DNA of 64,000 bases from a virus (taxonomy: Duplodnaviria > Caudoviricetes), in the IMG/VR virus record IMGVR_UViG_3300037484_000435, positions 384,001-448,000 of that record; one strand, 5' to 3'. The stretch's first letter is position 1; each line of letters begins with the position of its first letter. Shown here piece by piece: positions 10,041 to 18,962 of the stretch. Made by a program: the position numbers and the translations under genes. The notes below the pieces were generated by a model, which ran no database searches, was not told the DNA's origin, and saw only the letters and a list, made by a program, of their open reading frames with translations.

Positions 10041-10100
10041 GATTGTAGCATCGGTATGGTAAATCGAAGGTAGGCGGTTCGAATCCGCCCACGGGCTCCA
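10023..10100 (+). tRNA. degenerate tRNA-Thr(GGT) with encoded CCA
   Basis: Acceptor GCCCGCG/CACGGGC (1 mismatch), anticodon arm TCGGT-ATGGTAA-ATCGA, T arm GGCGG-TTCGAAT-CCGCC, 3' TCCA; A at positions 8 and 32 is non-canonical. Confidence 0.7.
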
Positions 10101-10118
10101 TCATCTAAGGGATAATAA

Positions 10119-11279
10119 ATGGAAAAATTAATAGACGACCTTCTTCATGAAGGCTTTGATTGGAACAGGACATATAACGATGCACCGGAAGGAATTTTCT
10201 TACTGAATGTTGACCATAATATAGTGATGGTTAATCAGACCATGCTGGATATGTTGGGTCTAAATTCTTATGAAGAAATTAAAGGTAAGAAATGCCACGA
10301 AGTTCTCCACGGGACATCTGTACCGCCAGAAATTTGTGTACACACGAAAGTGCTACATAGTAATCATGTTGAAGCTGTTGAAATAATACGGGGACAACGG
10401 GTTTATCATGTTGTAGAAACCCCACTATTCAGTAAAATAGGACATATTGTGGGGTATATACATTCCGCTTACGATATCACAGAACAAAAAGAAGCTGAAC
10501 GTTTGATGAAAGAGGCTCGCGATAAATTTGAAACTATTTTTACCCAATTTCCAATAGGTATTATCGTTACCAATCTGGACAACAGTAATATATTAGACGC
10601 AAATAATTATTTTTGTGAAATGTTAAATTACTCAAAAACTGAAATAACCAATCTGAATATTTATGATATTACTCATCCAGATGATATCAAATTAACTCGG
10701 GAACATTTGTCTAAAGCAGCGAAGGATGGAGCTAGTTATAAGATAACCAAAAGATATATTACTAAGTTTGGACAAATCCGTTGGGTATACATGGCGGTTG
10801 CTCCCGTTAAAGATGAAAAAGGGAATATCAAATACGCGTTCTCAATGATTGAAGATATTACAGATAAGGTATTTAGCCAACGAGAGATTGATAGACAGAA
10901 AGATTTATTGAAATCTTATGTCGATTTAGTTAGAGTAATTATTGTGGCGTTAGATATACATGGTCGTATCACTATGATAAACAAAAGAGGTAGAGAATTA
11001 CTAGGCAAAAAAGAAAATGACCTTATAGGAAAAAATTGGTTTATGAATTATGTCCCTGAACGAGAACGCACTAGGGTTTCAGAAATTTTTCAACAATTAA
11101 TACAAGGAGAGATTTCTCTGAATGGAGACCCACCAAACTACTTTACCAACACTATAAAAATAAAGGACGGGAAAGAGTGTTTAGTATTGTGGCACAATAC
11201 CCTTTTGCGTGATGCGGAAGGAAATATCTGCGGAGTTCTATCAGCAGGAGAGGATGTGGTAGACATCAATAAAGAATAA
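10119..11279 (+). CDS. triple PAS/PAC protein with no output domain
   Basis: Three PAS repeats (GKKCHEVLHG, THPDD, GKNWF), ending directly after the last PAC (GEDV). Confidence 0.88.
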   Translation: MEKLIDDLLHEGFDWNRTYNDAPEGIFLLNVDHNIVMVNQTMLDMLGLNSYEEIKGKKCHEVLHGTSVPPEICVHTKVLHSNHVEAVEIIRGQRVYHVVETPLFSKIGHIVGYIHSAYDITEQKEAERLMKEARDKFETIFTQFPIGIIVTNLDNSNILDANNYFCEMLNYSKTEITNLNIYDITHPDDIKLTREHLSKAAKDGASYKITKRYITKFGQIRWVYMAVAPVKDEKGNIKYAFSMIEDITDKVFSQREIDRQKDLLKSYVDLVRVIIVALDIHGRITMINKRGRELLGKKENDLIGKNWFMNYVPERERTRVSEIFQQLIQGEISLNGDPPNYFTNTIKIKDGKECLVLWHNTLLRDAEGNICGVLSAGEDVVDINKE

Positions 11280-11566
11280 TGGAAGTTATTTGCGAAATTT
11301 GTAAGACTGACCCCGCCGTTGAAAAACATCATGTCCGACCCAAAAGTAAGGGAGGAACAAAAGGAGAAGTTGTCTGGTGTTGCAGTGATTGTGGTGGACA
11401 ATTCCACACACTATTCACCAATAATGATTTAGCCGATAAGAGTTTAGAGCAAATATTGGAAGATGATAAGATGAAAGACTATATATCTTGGAAAAAGAAA
11501 CATCCAGGACCCCACCGACACCGGATGTCAACCACTGTTAAACAATGGAAACGAGGGCATCGATAA
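11279..11566 (+). CDS. HNH endonuclease
   Basis: CEIC...EKHHVRPKSKGG...CSDC...H. Confidence 0.8.
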   Translation: MEVICEICKTDPAVEKHHVRPKSKGGTKGEVVWCCSDCGGQFHTLFTNNDLADKSLEQILEDDKMKDYISWKKKHPGPHRHRMSTTVKQWKRGHR

Positions 11567-11578
11567 AGGAAGGAAAAA

Positions 11579-11899
11579 ATGGCTGAACGACTTGTCGTAG
11601 ATTGCGACAAATGCGGTAAGGAAACACAAACCCATATTAAAATCAACATACCCAATGGAAGTAAACGTACAGGGCCTAGCGGTTACCCAGATACCGATTA
11701 TTTGTATGAAGACCGAGACCTCTGTCCTACATGTGCAGCCAACTTGTTGAAATTTATGTTGGGGCATAGAAAATTTAGGAGTACAGAATTAGGAAGAACA
11801 GTAACAGAATTTAAGTATGACAAGGTGCACCCAGAAGGTAACCAGGAAACTGACGCAATCCTGCTGGCAAGGAAATATTTTGGAATAAAGGAACCTTAA
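11579..11899 (+). CDS. Zn-finger protein
   Basis: CDKCG...DLCPTC. Confidence 0.65.
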   Translation: MAERLVVDCDKCGKETQTHIKINIPNGSKRTGPSGYPDTDYLYEDRDLCPTCAANLLKFMLGHRKFRSTELGRTVTEFKYDKVHPEGNQETDAILLARKYFGIKEP

Positions 11900-11919
11900 G
11901 GAGAAAAAAGGATAAGACA

Positions 11920-12987
11920 ATGGAAAGATTTAAGATGTTAAATAATTTTGAGAAGGCTGCGGAGTCGTTTGACAAAATCAATGACTTGTTGGTATCAGAG
12001 CCTTTGAGTGACTACATTAATAAATGTGTAAAAGAAGATTCTCTATTTAGAACAATATGTAGCGTAGATCTCGACCCCGAATTAGACCGTGAGGGGTCTA
12101 ACGCTCTTTATGAGCTACCTATAAATGAAGTATCAATTTGGACATTACCTGGACTAGGCTACGTGGCCAAAGACTCAATAGAACTTGGAGAGGAAGCCCC
12201 AATTCCACTATTCTCTATATCGGCAGCCCGAGATTGGCCTTATAAGTATATGACCTCTGGTAGGGAAGACATTATACTTCGAGCCGGAAAATCGGTTGCC
12301 AAAATGATAACAGATTATGAGGACGAGGCGGGATTTAGGACAATTATACCTAGTGTTACCACAAGTTTTGGAGGAGCAGGGGTATTAACACCACGTCCAG
12401 CACATTTATATGAGATGCCAGCAGGTGATCCGGCAGCGGGGTATTTCTCTAAAGAGCTTATCAATCGAATGATTGTCGGGGCAGCACGGTCTGGGCAAAC
12501 TTTAAAAACATTATGGATATCCCCAGAAGATATGGCTGATATGCGTGAGTATACTGATCGAGATGTTGACCCAGTAACACGCCGAGAAATATTTCAGGCA
12601 GCTGGACTGGGCAAAGTATGGGGTATCACTTTTAGGGTTGTACCTCAACTCGGCGTCCGAGGTAAATTTAATATAGATGGCCACACCTCGAAAGGACTTA
12701 TAACCTGTAACGAAATAGGTAGGTATAATGATTACGCCGTCACCCACCCAAATATAAGAGACGAAAATGAAAACCTTCAGGTTGCTGGAGAGTCCCAGAT
12801 TTATGCGTTTTCTGCGGATATAGAGAAAATTTTTGTGATGCCTGTAGCAGAAAAATATACTGCTAGGTGGGATTATGCCTTAACCCGCCGACAACGGGCT
12901 GGATTCTATGGTTGGCAACGCATGGGTATGGGCCTGTTGGAACGAAACCATATTTATATGGGAATTATTGACAGGTATACACCATAA
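11920..12987 (+). CDS. major-capsid-like protein, paralog 1
   Basis: WTLPGLGYVA, SPEDMADMREYTD.DVDPVTRREIF, FYGWQRMGMG...MGIIDR; recalled as a large-phage capsid family; clear paralog of 29049-30125. Confidence 0.65.
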   Translation: MERFKMLNNFEKAAESFDKINDLLVSEPLSDYINKCVKEDSLFRTICSVDLDPELDREGSNALYELPINEVSIWTLPGLGYVAKDSIELGEEAPIPLFSISAARDWPYKYMTSGREDIILRAGKSVAKMITDYEDEAGFRTIIPSVTTSFGGAGVLTPRPAHLYEMPAGDPAAGYFSKELINRMIVGAARSGQTLKTLWISPEDMADMREYTDRDVDPVTRREIFQAAGLGKVWGITFRVVPQLGVRGKFNIDGHTSKGLITCNEIGRYNDYAVTHPNIRDENENLQVAGESQIYAFSADIEKIFVMPVAEKYTARWDYALTRRQRAGFYGWQRMGMGLLERNHIYMGIIDRYTP

Positions 12988-13000
12988 TAAGGAAAAAAAC

Positions 13001-13177
13001 ATGGCTTATTTAACGGAAGTAGTTTTACAGATAACTATTATTATGACTTTCCTTTGTATGTTTTGCAAAGGATTCTTGTATTACCGGTATCCAAGAATCT
13101 GTACACTTCTAACATTAAGTATTATTTATGGCTGTCTGCCTGCGTTACTGGCCGTCGCAATACTAGGAGCACTTTAG
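13001..13177 (+). CDS. small membrane protein
   Basis: Two hydrophobic segments; SD AAGGA. Confidence 0.6.
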   Translation: MAYLTEVVLQITIIMTFLCMFCKGFLYYRYPRICTLLTLSIIYGCLPALLAVAILGAL

Positions 13178-13203
13178 AGATTGATTTGTGTACTAGTTAT
13201 AGT
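13175..13203 (+). promoter_or_regulatory. class A promoter-like motif
   Basis: TAGAGA-17 bp containing GATTTGTGTACTAG-TATAGT. Confidence 0.7.
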
Positions 13204-13270
13204 ATAGAACAACTAATTCAGGGGGAGCAAAGCCCCCTCGAATTATACATATTAAAAAAAGGAAAAAGAA

Positions 13271-13495
13271 ATGAGTATCCTACTGTATCTTGATGAGAGT
13301 GAACTTTCACTTATATTCAAATCCCTGCGATATCTAAGCAACTATGAGGCATCAGAAGAATTATTAAGTCTCAGGTTGAAGTTAGGTTTATTACATGGGG
13401 ATTTAGATCAGGAGGATTACGATGGACCAACAGTCAATTCAAATGATGCAGATGGTGATATCTCAACTGAACAATTTGAAGATGATGGTGACTAA
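13271..13495 (+). CDS. acidic hypothetical protein
   Basis: SD AAGGA; first gene after the promoter motif. Confidence 0.6.
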   Translation: MSILLYLDESELSLIFKSLRYLSNYEASEELLSLRLKLGLLHGDLDQEDYDGPTVNSNDADGDISTEQFEDDGD

Positions 13496-13643
13496 TCAGG
13501 TAGGACAATTGGTGCAAATGTTAGAACAACAAATATCGATTGTGACACCACCCAGTCTACCAACACCTACACCGCAACCGCCCACAACGGGGCCACAACC
13601 ACCTTCAGGCATCCCACCGGGCACGCCGCCGTCAGGTATATGA
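13422..13643 (+). CDS. Gln/Met-rich helix plus Pro-rich tail protein
   Basis: SD GGAGG; PPSLPTPTPQPPTTGPQPPSGIPPGTPPSG. Confidence 0.55.
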   Translation: MDQQSIQMMQMVISQLNNLKMMVTNQVGQLVQMLEQQISIVTPPSLPTPTPQPPTTGPQPPSGIPPGTPPSGI

Positions 13644-13683
13644 CCGACGACGGGACAGCCCTTCTGGAGGAAGGGAGAGCACA

Positions 13684-14056
13684 ATGTTTTTTCGGACGGC
13701 AAGAGAATGCTTGTCTGACCTGTTATTTATTGTGAGCATAGTGGTACTAATTGAGGTATGCCTCTGGGCTATCACATTAGTACCATTTTTGCAATCAGGA
13801 ATAATAGCAATGTTCATAGGACAGGCATATCTTATGGGTTATAAGGACGGGCAATTATATGAGTAGTTCTGAACCTAAAAGACAGTGCCCGTTTCAAATA
13901 AATTATCGTTGCACCATAAAGTGTGAATGGTTTGACACAAAAAACGACCACTGTCTTATGTGGTCCTTCCATAATAAAGTGGCCGAGTTTGTTACCATCA
14001 TTCAGGATTACATTTCCACACAGATGAAGATCCGAGCAGGACGAGACTCAGAGTAG
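13684..14056 (+). other. two small ORFs (membrane protein 13684-13866; Cys-rich protein 13859-14056)
   Basis: Coupled ORFs with SD sites. Confidence 0.6.
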
Positions 14057-14071
14057 TCCTCGCGGGGGTTA

Positions 14072-14692
14072 TTGGTGAAAAAAACTATTTGTATAGTTTT
14101 GACTCTATTGCTATTAGTGTCGTGTGCCCACGCACCAAAAAAGGTTGAAGCAGACAAAACTATTAAACCAAAACAAGTTATCACAAAACAACCCCCGCCC
14201 AAGAAAAAACAAAATTTAGAACTTTTATTCCCTGTTAGAGGTGCCTATATAAGTTCGGAATTCGGGGGTAGAAAGGGCACTTATCACCGAGGAGTTGATT
14301 TGGCCGCTGCTATTGGGACCCCAATAAGAGCTTGTGCAAGCGGAAAAGTAATTGCTTCTGGGAGATATAAGTTTCTTACTGGGTATGGAAATGCCATACT
14401 CCTGAGTCATGGAGATAGGGTTTTCACCTATTATGCCCATCTGCACACTTTGAAAGTAAGCAAGGGTAATATGGTGAACCGAGGAGAAGTAATAGGGACA
14501 GTAGGAAATACTGGAAAAAGCAATGGCCCACATTTACACTTGGAACTCATAATACATGACAAAAACCACAACCCAGTTCCTTACTTCTTCATCGATAACT
14601 CCATAACAACTTCGGCCATGCTGTGGTTAAAGGGAGTAAAAAAATCAGTAGCGACTGGTTTGGGATTAAAGAGGTTAATAGGAGACTGGTAA
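14072..14692 (+). CDS. M23 family peptidase, lipoprotein
   Basis: Lipobox LVSC; HRGVD, YYAHL, GPHLHLE. Confidence 0.92.
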   Translation: MVKKTICIVLTLLLLVSCAHAPKKVEADKTIKPKQVITKQPPPKKKQNLELLFPVRGAYISSEFGGRKGTYHRGVDLAAAIGTPIRACASGKVIASGRYKFLTGYGNAILLSHGDRVFTYYAHLHTLKVSKGNMVNRGEVIGTVGNTGKSNGPHLHLELIIHDKNHNPVPYFFIDNSITTSAMLWLKGVKKSVATGLGLKRLIGDW

Positions 14693-14934
14693 TGTGTGAT
14701 TTATTTAAAGATGGATACTGTGGGAATACACTTACTGAAAAACAATTAGAGGAGCTAGTCCTGTATACTGATGGTGACGGTCCTCAAATCTGTGTGCGTA
14801 ATGACGAAGAAACAAACAAAGAACTCAAACGGATACACGAGGAAAGCGTTAAAAAATATGGCACCTGTATAGCAGACCACACGAGTGTAGAAGATGTGGT
14901 TATTGTAGAGGAAGATGACGGGTATTGTGATTAA
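14692..14934 (+). CDS. hypothetical protein
   Basis: TAATG coupling. Confidence 0.6.
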   Translation: MCDLFKDGYCGNTLTEKQLEELVLYTDGDGPQICVRNDEETNKELKRIHEESVKKYGTCIADHTSVEDVVIVEEDDGYCD

Positions 14935-14957
14935 GGAGCGGGCATGATACCCGCTCC
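14935..14957. terminator. hairpin between convergent genes
   Basis: GGAGCGGG-CATGATA-CCCGCTCC. Confidence 0.6.
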
Positions 14958-14968
14958 ATGGAAAGAGG

Positions 14969-15502
14969 TTAAGAATCTGAGACTTTAATGTCAATTTGTC
15001 TGGTGGGGTTTTCAACTGCGGGGGTATCCTCTTCAAAGAGGCCTTTCAGCCGAACAATGAGGATACCGTTTTTCAGATCAGCGTCGATGTCATCATTACC
15101 TCCAGTACGTTTTTGCCATGCAGCATACAATTTTGAATCAATTGGGAAGGAACGTCTGAAGTTAGACCTAAAAAGCTCTTTTCTATAGTAGCAACGATCC
15201 TCAACCTCTCGCTCGGTATCGGCACTTCCTGAAATGGTGAGCATACCGTTTTGGAGTTCAACCTTCAAGTTCTCTGGCTTAACATTAGAAATAGCAGCTT
15301 CAACGACAAGGTCTGCCTTATCTTTATAAGCATCTACTCTTGGGTAAGCCCTAGATTTTACTGAGTCGAACTTTAGTGGTTTTAAATCTGAGAAGAACTC
15401 AGTCATCAGTGAGTCAAATAAAGACTCGATCGGGGTGAAAAATTCATCCTTGATCATTGGAAAATTTTGGAACGTTTTTGGAATCATAAGATTTCCAGCC
15501 AT
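14969..15502 (-). CDS. Hsp20 small heat-shock protein, inverted relative to its neighbours
   Basis: PRVD, LTISG, YYRKE...F.RSF, A.LKNGILIV; SD GGAGGT before ATG at 15502. Confidence 0.9.
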   Translation of the reverse strand: MAGNLMIPKTFQNFPMIKDEFFTPIESLFDSLMTEFFSDLKPLKFDSVKSRAYPRVDAYKDKADLVVEAAISNVKPENLKVELQNGMLTISGSADTEREVEDRCYYRKELFRSNFRRSFPIDSKLYAAWQKRTGGNDDIDADLKNGILIVRLKGLFEEDTPAVENPTRQIDIKVSDS

Positions 15503-15662
15503 GGTACACCTCCGTGTTACCTTGAGTATTTGGTGCACATTTAAGCGTCACCGTGTTTTTATTAGACACCCATCCTTATACTGGGTTCCAAAAAAGTTTT
15601 TATAGGCGGGAACAATAAAATCTACCCGTTGTCTAACAATACAAATAAAAAGGAGATGCAGT

Positions 15663-15881
15663 ATGCGTTGTCCCGGACAAGACACCCGCTTTTGGCAACC
15701 TGGGGATATTTATGAAGTTTCATGTCCTCAGTGTGGAACGAAAATGGAATTTTTTAAAGACGACACTAGACGCACGTGTAAATCATGTGGACAAATTATT
15801 AGGAATCCGAAATTAGATGTAGGGTGTGCAGAGCATTGCCCTTTCGCTTCCGACTGCCTAGGAGTTTTACCAAAGGAATAG
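15663..15881 (+). CDS. Cys-rich small metal-binding protein (CPGQD family)
   Basis: MRCPGQDTRFW...CPQCG..EFFKDD..RTCKSCG...NPKLDVGCAEHCPFA..C. Confidence 0.75.
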   Translation: MRCPGQDTRFWQPGDIYEVSCPQCGTKMEFFKDDTRRTCKSCGQIIRNPKLDVGCAEHCPFASDCLGVLPKE

Positions 15882-15885
15882 CTCG

Positions 15886-18673
15886 ATGTTACGCTCAAAA
15901 TTGTTTACACTACTTGTGTTGCTGATTTGTGCTCCATTACTAATAGGTTGGACTTCTTTAGGTGTAGTAGAGCCATCTATGAGAGAGTTGGGCTTCAAAT
16001 TAAAGAAAAAAGAACAGATTAAGATTCCTTATACAGATCGAACCGAGACCAGATATACCTTTACACACAGGATACATCGTCTCGTAATAATAGATGAATA
16101 CCATAACGGTTTTATAGAAATTAGGGCTAATTATAAGGCAGGTAGTAAGGACCCTAACCAATGGAACCTCACTGTGAGACGGACAGTAGAACCTGATGCA
16201 TTTAGAGACACAATTTATCGTATATTTGTCTTAGGAGACACTAGGTGAACTTAAAAATAATAGTAATTTCATGTATTATATTGGTGATTGGTTCAATATG
16301 TTATGGAGCTATAAATCCGAACCCATTAGTAATAAGTAAATATGAACCAGACGTTGTGATTTTTGACCTTGATTACGATCTGCCAGATTTATCCCTAAAT
16401 TACATTACACCCGCTGATAAAACAACATCTATACTTGATTTGTTGTTTTGGGTGGGTTTATTTGGTATGTATATGATAGTTATTCTAGATATGACGTTTA
16501 GAGGAGACATAAGATGACAAAATGCCCGTTATGCAAAGAAAGTAAATATATTAGATATACCCCTCTCCGTATGAAAGGGAAAGTGTTAACTTATATTGGG
16601 TGTACTAAATGTTGCTACTGTAAATTAATCAAAGAAGAAATGGACCCTACTAAGATAGAGGACTTAAAAGAAAGGAACAAGGGACAAATCTATGCTTAAA
16701 GATAATGCTAAAAAATTAATCAAAACCTTAGATGACGTAGGACGCGGCGAGAAAAGATTACTTTTAGCTGCGTTAATGACACATACTTTATCAAGAACAA
16801 ATCCGATTTCAGACACAGATACGTATTTATACCGCCTGTGTAATTGTTTTGAAATACTGAGTAATACTGATTACCTAGAAAAACAATTTAAACGCAGTAA
16901 AAACTTTTCAAATAGTGAGGATGAATAGTGTCTTGGGATGATTACAAAATACAAGATTTTAGAGTGGCACTCAAAAAATTCTACAAGGACCAAATAAGTT
17001 TAGATTATGATTCTCTAGCCAGCATAGCGACAGAAATCATAACCGATGATTTAGTAGAGGATTTAAAACAATTCGAATTTAATGATTCTATCTTGGCCGC
17101 TTTCGCAAACGGATTAGTGATAGGGCTGTTAGTTGCCGAAACCAAATACAAACCGAAAGACCCACTAATCAAACACTAGGAACACGACATGACTGAAGAA
17201 GAGATAATGATGAAGGCTAAGGACCGTGTCGGGGTAACACCACAATTACTAAAGTTAGCGGAAGAAGCTAATGAGTTGGGGGCCTCAATATTACGTTTTA
17301 CAAATCGGGCCCCGTGGTCTCGTCCCGAAGAAACTCTCTTTATGGAGATGCTCGAAGAACTTATGGATGTGGATTTGATGGTAAAACAAGTCAAACTTTA
17401 TTTAGACGACGAAGTTTTAGGTTTAATTAGAAGAAAAAAACTTGATTGCTACGAAAACAGGGTGATAAGTTTGGAAAAACCGTAGTATGAATAAATTACT
17501 AATAATAATAACAATACTAAGTCTGCTTTTTTCGTTTACTCTGCTAGTAAAAGAATACCAAACAGTAGAACGCTGGCAAGAAAAGGGTTTGAAACTTTAC
17601 AACAAAAAATTGCAGGACTTCAATAGTTGGAAGACATGTGTCGACCCAGGCAAGCCAGAGAAGTGGTTAACCGCTAACCCTGTATTTATTTCCCTAAAAA
17701 CTTGGGTAGAGATGCTAAGCAATTTGGCCTCCCTAATTATAGCCATTTCTAGCCTAGGAGTTTATACACGACTAAAAAGACAAAAGGCAGAAAAGACATG
17801 ATCGAAATAATACGAGAAACAATACAAAACGAAAAACAAATACAATATGTTATAACTAGTCTAAACGGGGAAACTTGTTACCAAGAAAATTTTACAGTAG
17901 AAAGGTTTACACAAAAAGCTACTGTTCCTGGTAACCTCTATGACCGCGGCGTAACTGGGTGTGTAAAAAAAATTAATGAACAGTTTGATCGTGAATTAAA
18001 TTGGCTTATAATCAAGAAGTTAACTGAGTTACCTACTGCAGCTCGAATAATGGTGGATATACCACTGGATGAATTTGACACCCACTCGATAGTGTCATTA
18101 CTGTTAAAATACTACCCTAGTGGCAGACGAGAGTCGTTAAGGATAATTTGTTCACCAAGTAATTTTCGGGTGTTAGAAAAGGCGGTAATGAGTGATACCT
18201 CTATGTACGGTTCTTTCGCGTTTTCTAAAACTGTGTTGGAAGTCAAAGTAGAGGTAGAAGATATACCAGAAAACGAGATCTGGATTATTGATTTAGAGTC
18301 TTGGCGTGCACCCATATCTGTACCCTCTAATAGTGTAAATTACGAACCCCGAAGTAAATCTTATATTTACACTAGGAGTTATCGGATGGGTAGGCCAATT
18401 TGTGTGGGTGAGAAATTGATTCGAGTGAGACTACAGACTGAGGACCCTATGGAAAGAACGATGCAAGAATTATTGGACAAAATGCGTCTTCCACTAAGAA
18501 AGACAGACAAACCCCCTATTCCTTTGGGCAAATCTGTGTGGTTGACAGGAAACCCCGACGAAGGTATTCGGGTAACTAACAATGTCCCTACAGTAACGGT
18601 TAGCCTCAAAGAAACACCACAAATGTTTAACCCTAGTATGCCAGTTGACTTGAAAACCAAGAAGAAGAAATAA
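15886..18673 (+). other. run of hypothetical ORFs (15886-16248, 16245-16517, 16514-16699, 16692-16928, 16928-17179, 17189-17485, 17487-17801, 17798-18673), some secreted or membrane
   Basis: Translational coupling; N-terminal hydrophobic segments in several. Confidence 0.7.
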
Positions 18674-18913
18674 ATGTGTTGGGTTTATTTGTTAGAGTGT
18701 TCCGACAAAACCTATTACTGTGGAGCCACCAAAAATATTGTAAGGCGAATCGATCTACACAACACAGGTAAAGGGGCAAAATACACTAAAAGTAGACGCC
18801 CAGTAAAACTTGTGTGGTCTAAAGAGTGTGGCTCTTACCGCGATGCTCTAAAAGAGGAGTGGAGGATTAAGCACTTGAAAAGAAAGGAAAAAGAGGCTCT
18901 CATAAATAATTAA
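18674..18913 (+). CDS. GIY-YIG nuclease (YhbQ/UPF0213-like)
   Basis: WVYLLEC.D.TYYCG.T....R...HN.GKGAKYT..RRPV.LV. Confidence 0.9.
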   Translation: MCWVYLLECSDKTYYCGATKNIVRRIDLHNTGKGAKYTKSRRPVKLVWSKECGSYRDALKEEWRIKHLKRKEKEALINN

Positions 18914-18962
18914 CGTACTTCCTACTGGGGAATTAATGAAACCTTAGGATGGATTACAACAC

